Program-made: the position numbers and the translations under genes
The notes under the pieces: model-generated
Databases searched by the model: none
Seen by the model: only the letters and a program-made list of their open reading frames with translations
Told to the model about the DNA's origin: nothing
Origin: Armatimonadota bacterium
GTDB lineage: Bacteria > Armatimonadota > Fimbriimonadia > Fimbriimonadales > Fimbriimonadaceae
Assembly (NCBI GenBank): GCA_031400935.1
Contig: JANNQV010000061.1
Span: 1 to 64,000 of the forward strand
DNA length: 64,000 nucleotides
Direction of reading: 5' to 3'
Part shown: one piece after another, positions 30,894-39,249 of the stretch
Numbering within the stretch: the first letter of the stretch is position 1
Layout: every line of letters starts with the position of its first letter

Positions 30894-31694
30894 TCACATT
30901 CCTGCTCCCGTGTATTGTTTCAGACCAGACTTCCACATAAATCGGCCAAGAACAACAGAAATTACAATCCAAGCCAATTGCCCACCGATAAAAGGAAGTG
31001 CATTTTCGACGGGCATCCGTCCTACAACTAATTCGGTAGGAAGGCCAGTCGTGTAATAAAAAGGCAAGATGTGAGCGATCTTTTGCGCCCAAATCGGCAT
31101 CATGGTGATTGGGAACAGGTAACCCGAAAGAAACAGTTGCGGAACGTAATAAAGCTCGAACACTGCAATCGCCTCGGTAGTAAATAGGGCAATGGATGAC
31201 ATCATCAACACTACCGAGATACTTACGCAGTGCCCGAGAACAAAGGCTACCCAAAACTGCCAGCCTAAAAATACTTGGGCACCATGCAGCATGTTCCCGT
31301 AAAACAGCATCATGATTCCGACGAATGGAATCGTCATGACGAGCCTGATTGTCCTCCACGAAAAGTTGCGAATCACAATGGTTTGAAAAAAGCTGAAGGG
31401 ACGAGTAAGATATTTCGTGAATACCCCTTCCCGAATCTCCATCGCAAGCTCCCACATGATATGGCTGGTCACAAAAGACCCAATGATCAGCATCGCAAGA
31501 TAGTAAACGGTGAATTGGGCGGCGTTGTAGTTCTCGATCAAGCCCTTCCCAGCCGCACTCGCCCAAACGAGCGGCATGGTAAGGGTTGTTACCATGTCGG
31601 TGAGAATCCAAATGATCCCGTTGGCTTTGTAGGCAAGCCAGTCCTGGGCATAGACGCTGTACAGCGCACGCCATTTTCGGAAAGTCGTATTCAA
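30894..31694 (-). CDS. ABC-2 family transporter permease (DUF990-like)
   Basis: About 6 TM helices; EIREG...YLTRP and LSGYLFPI..MP...LPFYY. No ATPase gene nearby. Confidence 0.88.
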   Translation of the reverse strand: MNTTFRKWRALYSVYAQDWLAYKANGIIWILTDMVTTLTMPLVWASAAGKGLIENYNAAQFTVYYLAMLIIGSFVTSHIMWELAMEIREGVFTKYLTRPFSFFQTIVIRNFSWRTIRLVMTIPFVGIMMLFYGNMLHGAQVFLGWQFWVAFVLGHCVSISVVLMMSSIALFTTEAIAVFELYYVPQLFLSGYLFPITMMPIWAQKIAHILPFYYTTGLPTELVVGRMPVENALPFIGGQLAWIVISVVLGRFMWKSGLKQYTGAGM

Positions 31695-31733
31695 CGGTTC
31701 CAGTTTGGCATAGTGAAGCGAAAGACTGACTGT

Positions 31734-31905
31734 TGTTGGTTGTTAGTTGTTGGTTGAATGTCGTCAGTTTGAGGACGGCGGAGTAAAGTAGATTATGATG
31801 GCTCTAAAATGGAGCGAAGAGTGCACCGCGTTCCTTGGTACTCGAAACTTGATGCGTGACTGCAATCAACCAATAACCAATAACTAATAACCTATAACCA
31901 ATAAC
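31734..31905. repeat. Mirror-image heptamer arrays (TGTTRGT / AACYAAT)
   Basis: TGTTGGT TGTTAGT TGTTGGT at 31734-31754; AACCAAT AACCAAT AACTAAT AACCTAT AACCAAT at 31868-31902. Confidence 0.8.
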
Positions 31906-31968
31906 GCAGCACCCACGACTGGACTCTCAATTTCACCGAACCGTAGACCCTCGTCCATTCGTACCATC

Positions 31969-33516
31969 ATGAGGAGAATATCAATGTTTTTATCAATTCT
32001 TGCTTCTACGGCGATCATCGCCGATTCAGAAGCCAAAATCGTTTCCGCATCGCTTTTCAAAAATGGCTATGCAATGGTGATGCGGGAAATCGAAGTTTCA
32101 AGCGCCTCAACCTCGCTTTCCACTATTCCCGTTGCTTCGCTTGGAACGTTTTGGGTGACGACTTCGCCTGGACTCAAGCTCAAATCAATTATCAATACAA
32201 GCCAGGAAGTTGCCGGCACAAGTTATGCAAACGACATAGCGAGTCTGTTGCGACTGAATGTTGGAAAGCAAATTTCAGTGACCGTAAGTGTAGTTGGAAC
32301 TACCACCCAATCAATTTCTGGGAAGCTGAAGGCAGTTCAAGGTGATCTGGTATTTGTAGAAGATGGGCCACTAAGACTATCGGTGTTTCGGGCAAATTTA
32401 ATCATCGGCCTTGATCTTGGAAAAGACGCTGCGACATCTGAACCAACCAAGAATCATCAACGGGTTCTCCGATTTTCAACGGAAGGAACTGGAAAAATTT
32501 ACTTTCTCGGACTCGAGCAGGGCCTTATGTGGTCGGCAGGTTACACCGTTGACCTTACCGATGTCAACAAGCTGAAATATCTCGCCAAATCTACGGTCGT
32601 AAACGACCTTGGCGATCTGAATGACCTCGAATTGCGCTTTGTCACGGGTTTTCCTAACGTGCCTTGGGCACAATTGAGGGAGCCGCTTCTTAGTGGCGAT
32701 TCTGTAGCTTCGCTTGTTGGAATGTTGCAGAATTTGGGACTTCCGCAATCCGGTTTCGGTGGGCGGAGAGATGCTCAGGTAATGAATCAGGCACCTGGTG
32801 CATTCGGAGGCGGCGGATTTGCCGCTGATGAAATGATGGCCAGCGGAGGTGGTGGAGAGCAAGCCGAAGACCTCTTTTTCTACAAGCAACCTGGAGTCCA
32901 AATGAAGCGTGGAGATCGCGCATTTTTTGTCCTTTTCCAAGCCGAATCCGAATTCAAACATGTCTACACGCTGGATTTGCCAAATACGATCAACGAATAT
33001 GAACCCTATCGGCCCCAAAACACTCCGCCGATTCCGTACGACGTTTGGCATACAATTCGGTTCAAAAACACTGCAAATCAGCCCCTGACAACGGCGCCCG
33101 CAACAGTTTACAAAAACGGCCAAATCATGGGGCAAGATACACTTCTTTACACATCTGGCGGCGGAGAAGTGAACCTGAAGATGTCAAAAGCCCTCGACGT
33201 GAAGAACGACGTAGACGAAGAAGAAGTCACTCGCGAAAGAGCAAAGTTGCAACATCCAAGCTACGGCACTTTTGATTGGGTAACGGTAAAGGGAACGATC
33301 ATTCTCAAGAACAACAAATCAGAAAGCGTAGACTTGACGATTACAAAGCTTATTACAGGCGACCTGATTTCCTCAACCGACACGCCAAAGGTTATAAAGA
33401 CTGCAAAGGGTTTGCGGCAGGTGAATTCTGCTTCGAAACTTACATGGAATCTAGCTTTAGGCAAAGGCGAGTCGAAGACGATTACTTACACCTATTCGAT
33501 TTTTGTGAGGAACTAA
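31969..33516 (+). CDS. DUF4139-type secreted protein (second, divergent paralogue)
   Basis: Signal peptide; SLFKNGYA.V.RE, GLMWSAGY.VDL, EDLFFY, PLTTAPA and K.ITYTY. Confidence 0.8.
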   Translation: MRRISMFLSILASTAIIADSEAKIVSASLFKNGYAMVMREIEVSSASTSLSTIPVASLGTFWVTTSPGLKLKSIINTSQEVAGTSYANDIASLLRLNVGKQISVTVSVVGTTTQSISGKLKAVQGDLVFVEDGPLRLSVFRANLIIGLDLGKDAATSEPTKNHQRVLRFSTEGTGKIYFLGLEQGLMWSAGYTVDLTDVNKLKYLAKSTVVNDLGDLNDLELRFVTGFPNVPWAQLREPLLSGDSVASLVGMLQNLGLPQSGFGGRRDAQVMNQAPGAFGGGGFAADEMMASGGGGEQAEDLFFYKQPGVQMKRGDRAFFVLFQAESEFKHVYTLDLPNTINEYEPYRPQNTPPIPYDVWHTIRFKNTANQPLTTAPATVYKNGQIMGQDTLLYTSGGGEVNLKMSKALDVKNDVDEEEVTRERAKLQHPSYGTFDWVTVKGTIILKNNKSESVDLTITKLITGDLISSTDTPKVIKTAKGLRQVNSASKLTWNLALGKGESKTITYTYSIFVRN

Positions 33517-35169
33517 TTACTCGTAATACGCATGGGTCGCAATTTCAAAGGTAAAGGCAGATTGAAGTTCTGCAGACGATAGGCTGGCAAGTGATTCGAG
33601 CGTTGAAAGAGCTTGATAACTTGTAGCTTTCGACTCAAATGCCAACGCGCCAAGCAGTTGCCATTTGTGTCGCAGGATGTCTTGCAAATTAGCTGAGTCG
33701 TTTCGAGAATGCCCAGCAGGGAACATGATTAGGCCGGAATCCATCATAGCCCCCTCCTTATTCGACGAATGAGAATGAGGAGGGGGTTGGGGGTGGAGTC
33801 GAGCCGGGCCAAGGTAAATCTGAACCGATGTCGGAATTCCTTCGGGATATTTCGCATCATATTCTGCGCCTCCATGCCGAAACTTGATCTTGTCCATGAT
33901 TGAGCGCGTCACCGGATGATGAATTGCTGTTTCTGAAACTTGATAGTCATACGGCATGAGCATGATCGCCTTCCAGATTTCATCATTCGACCCGCCGCCT
34001 AATGGCAACGCTCCATTTGCCCTTCGATACTCTAGAGCTTTTCGAATCAGCGTCGAAACGATGTACGCCATTGAATGGTCCGCGCTCTGACGAGTAGTCG
34101 GGTTCTTCTTCATTGGGTTGCCAATGATGCCAAATGCGGGTTCGTATGCCGTAATTGTTATCTTGCCAATGTTCGCGCCATCGGGATCATCCAGCAAATT
34201 AGGATTAGTGGCGAGCAAGTCAATCACTCCTTGCAAGGCGCCAGCAGACTGATGCTCATACAGCCCGAGCTTGAAGTGCATTCCCATTACGGCAAAGTCG
34301 TCGCCTGAATGAGAGAGAACAAGATCGAACGGAGATTCTCCAGCTTCTTTCCAGCGGTCTTTGCCCTCGGTTGTAGGTTCAAAGTAGCGAAAGATCGCCT
34401 CTGGATTTCGAAAAATGTCCTTTGGGCCGATGAATCCCGCCATCGAACGCTTTACGCTCAAAATCGCAGCTTCTGTTGAGATCGCCGCGCTTGCTCCCTT
34501 TGAATCGCTCAATTGCTTACCTGCTCGAATCGCCCTCCAAGGAATGTAGTGGGAGACCACCATTCCAATCGCGCTTTCTATCTGTTCGGCTGTAGCCCCC
34601 ATAAGCGCTCCGTAGGTCGCCGCGCTCCCAATCGCGCCGTGGACAACATGATCAATCTTGTAGCTTTTCAGGCTGAAAACTTCAGCGAGGCGGCCACGAA
34701 TCTCATCGAGAAGCACCATAGACTTAAGAGCGGTTGCTCCATCGAGTCCGCGCTGCTGGCAAGCCGCGATGCAGACAGGATAGAAGTCGTTATGCCCAAA
34801 TTCTCCTGCTGTGTGGCCAAGTTCAGGTCGGTAGCCAAAGTTCGTTCCGTTGCTGTCCCATTCTCTGACTGCGGCGCAATTCGCAACTACGGCCTTTTCC
34901 GCCTTGAGCTTTTCCTTCGAACCAAAAACCGTTGCTCCGTTTTCATCTGGGTAGTCGAGTGCTTCGTTTCTCAAAATTGTTGGTGCATTTGTTTGTAGCG
35001 CAAGGGCAGAAAGTCCGCAAAGCACGGCATCGGTGTGAAACCACCTTGTGCGTTCGAGGACCTCCTGCGAAGGGCCGTCGCCATGAGTTCCAGCTAAAAA
35101 GTCAATGGCAAATTGCCCAAGGCCGAGGGCTTGATTCGAATCGCGAGGAAGGGTGATGGAAGTTGGCAT
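33517..35169 (-). CDS. prpD: MmgE/PrpD family protein (2-methylcitrate dehydratase-like) with an in-frame repeat insertion
   Basis: AVREWDSN, GHND, IDHVVHG, IRAGKQLSDSKG and TRQSADHSMAY. Confidence 0.85.
   Translation of the reverse strand: MPTSITLPRDSNQALGLGQFAIDFLAGTHGDGPSQEVLERTRWFHTDAVLCGLSALALQTNAPTILRNEALDYPDENGATVFGSKEKLKAEKAVVANCAAVREWDSNGTNFGYRPELGHTAGEFGHNDFYPVCIAACQQRGLDGATALKSMVLLDEIRGRLAEVFSLKSYKIDHVVHGAIGSAATYGALMGATAEQIESAIGMVVSHYIPWRAIRAGKQLSDSKGASAAISTEAAILSVKRSMAGFIGPKDIFRNPEAIFRYFEPTTEGKDRWKEAGESPFDLVLSHSGDDFAVMGMHFKLGLYEHQSAGALQGVIDLLATNPNLLDDPDGANIGKITITAYEPAFGIIGNPMKKNPTTRQSADHSMAYIVSTLIRKALEYRRANGALPLGGGSNDEIWKAIMLMPYDYQVSETAIHHPVTRSIMDKIKFRHGGAEYDAKYPEGIPTSVQIYLGPARLHPQPPPHSHSSNKEGAMMDSGLIMFPAGHSRNDSANLQDILRHKWQLLGALAFESKATSYQALSTLESLASLSSAELQSAFTFEIATHAYYE
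33749..33799 (-). repeat. Palindromic repeat copy inside the prpD coding sequence (51 bp)
   Basis: Reverse complement ACTCCACCCCCAACCCCCTCCTC...AGGAGGGGGC; first 23 nt identical to the copies at 2724 and 6452. Confidence 0.9.
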
Positions 35170-35190
35170 TCAGGGTCTATTTTGGCGGGG

Positions 35191-35290
35191 AATGGTGAGG
35201 CATTGCTGGGTGTTGTTGGGAATTGGTGGGAGTTGATGGCAGAACCCCCGAACCATTCCCAGCAACCCCTCGCATCCCCAAGCCATGCCA
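35191..35290. repeat. Degenerate 10-mer array, G-rich arm then C-rich arm
   Basis: CATTGCTGGG TGTTGTTGGG AATTGGTGGG AGTTGATGGC, then CCATTCCCAGCAACCCC. Confidence 0.65.
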
Positions 35291-35311
35291 CAATAAAACC
35301 AGGAACCCAAC

Positions 35312-36400
35312 ATGAGCACCGACACATTTCCCATCCGAGGCATAGACCACATTCGCCACTACGTGAACAACGCCCGCCAGAACGCCTATTTCTATCAGCA
35401 CACTTTGGGCTTTGGCATCAAAGGATACAGAGGACTAGAGACCGGATCGAGGGACCAAACAGACTATTTTTTGGTTCAAAACGACATCCGGCTCGTGTTC
35501 TCATCGCCCGTTCGTCCTGGGCATCCGATGGCAGAAAAGATTGCCTATCACGGCGATTTCGTCCAAGACATCGCATTTGAAATGGACGATGTGGATTGGT
35601 CGTTCAAAGAAGCAGTCCGGCGTGGGGCAGAACCAGCTTATGAGCCGATGTCTCTAGAAGACGATTTCGGAACCATCCGCCAAGCCGGAATCAAAATTTA
35701 CGGCGATACGATTCATTCGTTCATCAATCGTGACAACTATGTAGGAACGTTCATGCCGCAATTCCGCCCTGAAAATGAGCCTGGCGATGGCGTGGGAATC
35801 ATCACGGTTGACCACTGCGTTGGCAATGTCGAGCTTGGGAAAATGAACACTTGGGTGAAGTGGTACGAGGACGTGCTGGGCTTCACCAACATTCTCACGT
35901 TCGATGATAAAGACATCAGCACGGATTTCACCGCGCTCATGTCAAAGGTCATGTCGAGCGGAAACGGGCGAGTCAAATTCCCGATCAACGAGCCAGCCGA
36001 AGGCAAAAAGAAATCGCAGATTGATGAGTATCTGGAGTTTCACGGAGGGCCCGGCGTTCAGCATGTTGCCATGCTCACCGACGACATCATCTACACCGTC
36101 AAGAAGCTAAAGGCACGCGGAATTCCCTTCCTAACGGTGCCAAAAACCTATTACGACATGCTGCCGAATAGGGTCGGCAAGATTGATGAGGACATTGCCG
36201 TGCTGAGCGAACTCGGCATCTTGGTAGATCGCGATGATGAAGGGTATCTGCTGCAGATCTTCACTAAGCCGATCACCGACCGCCCCACGCTGTTCTATGA
36301 AATCATCCACCGCAAAGGCGCCAAGAGCTTTGGCAAAGGCAATTTCAAGGCGCTGTTCGAGTCTATCGAAAGGGAACAGGCGGTACGGGGGACGTTGTAG
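35312..36400 (+). CDS. hppD: 4-hydroxyphenylpyruvate dioxygenase
   Basis: DHCVGNV, FPINEP, SQIDEYL..HGGPGVQH, LLQIFT and FGKGNFKALFE. Confidence 0.97.
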   Translation: MSTDTFPIRGIDHIRHYVNNARQNAYFYQHTLGFGIKGYRGLETGSRDQTDYFLVQNDIRLVFSSPVRPGHPMAEKIAYHGDFVQDIAFEMDDVDWSFKEAVRRGAEPAYEPMSLEDDFGTIRQAGIKIYGDTIHSFINRDNYVGTFMPQFRPENEPGDGVGIITVDHCVGNVELGKMNTWVKWYEDVLGFTNILTFDDKDISTDFTALMSKVMSSGNGRVKFPINEPAEGKKKSQIDEYLEFHGGPGVQHVAMLTDDIIYTVKKLKARGIPFLTVPKTYYDMLPNRVGKIDEDIAVLSELGILVDRDDEGYLLQIFTKPITDRPTLFYEIIHRKGAKSFGKGNFKALFESIEREQAVRGTL

Positions 36401-36455
36401 CAAAAAGCCCGCCGAATCTCTCGGACAAACAAAGTCATAGAATCGAATTCCGAAA

Positions 36456-36695
36456 ATGCCAACTGTCTTTCGCCAAGGGCCATATCGCTTCTTCTTTTTC
36501 AGCAATGAGGGAAACGAACCGCCGCATATTCACGTTGAAGCAGGTGGCAATTATGCCAAGTATTGGGTTCGTCCTGTTGTTTTTGAACGATCTTCTGGCT
36601 TTAGGCCCCATGACCTTGCCGAAATACGTCGTATCATAGTGGAGAACGAAAATCTAATCGAGGAAAAATGGAATGAGCACTTCGGAAGTTCGTAA
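36456..36695 (+). CDS. DUF4160 protein (predicted toxin of a type II TA pair)
   Basis: MPTV...GPYRFFFFSNEG.EPPHIHV...AKYW...EKWNEHF. Confidence 0.9.
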   Translation: MPTVFRQGPYRFFFFSNEGNEPPHIHVEAGGNYAKYWVRPVVFERSSGFRPHDLAEIRRIIVENENLIEEKWNEHFGSS

Positions 36696-36915
36696 GTTAA
36701 TGCCGTTGGCAACAGACGTTCACTTTACAGAAGATGAAATCGTAGTTCGACTAGCAGATGGTAGATCAGTTTCAGCTCCGCTAGAGTGGTTTCCCCGACT
36801 GCGCGATGCAACCGAAGCTGCGCGATCGAATTGGCGTCTTATCGGCAACGGGATCGGCTTGCATTGGATAGACCTTGATGAAGACATTTCGGTTGAAGGG
36901 CTGCTCGCGGCATGA
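36673..36915 (+). CDS. DUF2442 protein (predicted antitoxin)
   Basis: V.LADGR..SAPLEWFPRL..AT...GIGLHW.DLDEDISVEGLL; overlaps the DUF4160 gene. Confidence 0.92.
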   Translation: MSTSEVRKLMPLATDVHFTEDEIVVRLADGRSVSAPLEWFPRLRDATEAARSNWRLIGNGIGLHWIDLDEDISVEGLLAA

Positions 36916-37060
36916 ACAGCCGCCCCACGCTGTCGGCGCTCACGGCTCCGGGTTCGATGGGTTACAAGGTTTACGTGGTGCTGACGACTTCGAACGAGGC
37001 AGGCAGCAACGCTGTGACGGATGTGAGGCCGTAGGTTAGAATACGAAGCACAAAGACGTC

Positions 37061-37552
37061 ATGCTGAAGTCGCTGAAGCCACCTTGGATTTCGTGGATGG
37101 GCGTAGGCGGCTTGTTCATTCAAGCCTACTTCGCTGGCCTTGTTCTATATGCAATTGGCGGAAACCAGCTCGGCTACTTTCACCCGCCGGCAGGATCGCC
37201 TGGGAATCCACCCGTGGTATCTGCTGTAGCCCTAATCTTGGCGGCAATCGCGTTCATTGCTATCGGTGGGATAATTCGGAATTCCTGGTGGGCGTACTTT
37301 GTGGAACTCGTTCTCGTATGGGCGCTCGTTCTGGCAGTCACCTTTTACGACCCACCCGGTTTTGCGAAAGAGTCCACTCGGGTTGTTATGGATTTCCCCT
37401 ATCGTCGTGAGGCCACTGAAGTGATGCATTGGATCCAAATGGCTGCAGTATGGGCCGGTCCACTCATGCTCAGCGAACATCTAATTACAAAAGGAGTTGG
37501 TCGATTTCGAGAATTGCGAATGCAAACGACGGGTGACCAGGACAGATTATGA
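37061..37552 (+). CDS. Hypothetical membrane protein
   Basis: About 4 hydrophobic helices; the stop codon lies inside the downstream REP-like repeat. Confidence 0.6.
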   Translation: MLKSLKPPWISWMGVGGLFIQAYFAGLVLYAIGGNQLGYFHPPAGSPGNPPVVSAVALILAAIAFIAIGGIIRNSWWAYFVELVLVWALVLAVTFYDPPGFAKESTRVVMDFPYRREATEVMHWIQMAAVWAGPLMLSEHLITKGVGRFRELRMQTTGDQDRL

Positions 37553-37727
37553 TTCGGGTGGCATGGACAGGCATTCTTGTTTCGATTTTTGGATGCAGGA
37601 TAGAATTGGTTAAGAATGTTTGTCCATGAAAGAAAGCAGGGAACACTGACAAACTCGTTCCTCGCCTATCGGTGCCACCAGGGACCAGATTTCCAATGTG
37701 TCTGATTCTATCCAGCTCACCCGTCGA
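37528..37727. repeat. REP-like inverted doublet (left)
   Basis: GACGGGTGACC..GACAGATT..GGGTGGCATGGACA...TGTCCATG, then inverted CACTGACAAACTCGTTCCTCGCCTATCGGTGCCACC...TCACCCGTCGA. Confidence 0.85.
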
Positions 37728-37819
37728 GGGATCGAAACAGGTTTACGACCCGTCTAGCCAACGCATCCTAGTTACAAAAAATATGCTCGAACACCGAAAC
37801 ACCATGCTACACTACGAAC

Positions 37820-38911
37820 ATGGTTACCACTTTGATCGCAGCGAGCATCTTTGGCGTCGGACAAGGTAGCCCAATCGAGCTCGCGAAAAAGGGAATTCAA
37901 GCATCCGCCGAGGCCTCGCAAAAGGACTATACGGCGAAAATGAGTCTGTTCAGAGATTTGTTCAATACAAAATTGCTCGAGGCGGAAACTCATTTTCAGA
38001 AAGCAGGATTCGACCTCGACAAGACAAGAGCCCAATCCAAGGACATCATTGAACGAATTTCTAAGGCGGCTCCGAGGCAGCGAAGTTCAAACCCAAAGGA
38101 CTTGAAGGACGAAACGCCCGAGTGGATCGAGGCTGCGAAACTCGCCGGCCAGATGCTCGCCGGTCTGAACAAGGTGGCTCCCGAATGGCATAAGGATCTT
38201 GGGGATCCCATTGCAAAAGTGTTTGGCGCCGGGCTTCAATACACTCCGACTGGGGGGTGGAATACGAATCCCGGGCAGCCTCCAGAGCCAAATGATCCGG
38301 AGCCTGGGGAAGCCGTACAACCTCCGGTGGAAAGTTTGCCTGTTCGATTCGATCCTTACAACCAGTTGCTTAGTGCCCCTTTTGAGGACGGGACCTCGTT
38401 TCCTCCAGTCGTGAATCAGCTAGGACCTACTGTGGACAGACGCACCGGACGCATGTATGTGAACATGGTGGCCGCTTTCATCAATGCACAGTTTATGACG
38501 GCAAGTTTGCATCAGTCGTTTCGCGTGCCAGCTGACGCGAGGGTCATCCGCGCAGAACTCAACTTTGCCGAAGGCCCACATTGGTGGATTACTATGGACG
38601 CAATTGGCGGCTATGCCTCCGCCGAAGCTGTTGTCAGTCTTCGGATAATGGATGGCGCAACAGTCGTCGCGGAGGACCGTCATAGCGCTATTCGCGTCGT
38701 TACAAGCGTTGTAGGCTACCAACTGGTTCATGGGGTGTCGAGGCGTTCTCTGCGATTGGGCTGTACGTGGACGCGTCCTGTAGTCGGTTTGGACGGCACG
38801 TACACGATTGCAGTCGTGTACGAAGGCTTAGCGGGAGCGGGAGGGTTTGCAGCTGTCGGCAACTCGGGTGGCCTTAGGTTGGGTGGTGTTCGAGTTAGGA
38901 GTTTGAGATAG
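37820..38911 (+). CDS. Secreted hypothetical protein (helical N-region, Pro-rich linker, beta-rich C-domain)
   Basis: 363-aa ORF with signal-like N-terminus; no family recognised. Confidence 0.7.
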   Translation: MVTTLIAASIFGVGQGSPIELAKKGIQASAEASQKDYTAKMSLFRDLFNTKLLEAETHFQKAGFDLDKTRAQSKDIIERISKAAPRQRSSNPKDLKDETPEWIEAAKLAGQMLAGLNKVAPEWHKDLGDPIAKVFGAGLQYTPTGGWNTNPGQPPEPNDPEPGEAVQPPVESLPVRFDPYNQLLSAPFEDGTSFPPVVNQLGPTVDRRTGRMYVNMVAAFINAQFMTASLHQSFRVPADARVIRAELNFAEGPHWWITMDAIGGYASAEAVVSLRIMDGATVVAEDRHSAIRVVTSVVGYQLVHGVSRRSLRLGCTWTRPVVGLDGTYTIAVVYEGLAGAGGFAAVGNSGGLRLGGVRVRSLR

Positions 38912-38931
38912 GCTCCTTTTGATTGTGCTTC

Positions 38932-39157
38932 GACGGGTGACCCTGACAGATTGGAATGAATTTTGGGTGGCACTGACAGGCGAGGAACGAGTTTGTCAGT
39001 GCGCTTGTCACATCTGCAAAATTTCGTATGTCGCGTTCTTGGTTTGTCGACCATATTCGCGTGAGATCAACCAAGGGAACTGGGAGAGTCAATTCTTGAG
39101 GTTTACAAAAGTCGGAACACTGACAAACTCGTTCCTCCCATGTCAGTGCCACCCGTC
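38932..39157. repeat. REP-like inverted doublet (right)
   Basis: GACGGGTGACC..GACAGATT..GGGTGGCACTGACAGGCGAGGAACGAGTTTGTCAGTG and inverted CACTGACAAACTCGTTCCTCCCATGTCAGTGCCACCC. Confidence 0.88.
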
Positions 39158-39249
39158 CTCCGGTCAAGCCATTCGACCAGCGGCTTCAATGATAGAGACC
39201 GCCCGGCCCAAAACTGAACTATCCCTCCTGCCCGTCGTCAACTCCACTC

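Noticed and set aside
30877..31674. 265-aa alternative-frame ORF on the same strand as the ABC-2 permease
   Set aside because: Fully overlaps a recognisable gene, has His/Arg/Cys-rich shadow-frame composition and no motif. Long for chance, but nothing else supports it.
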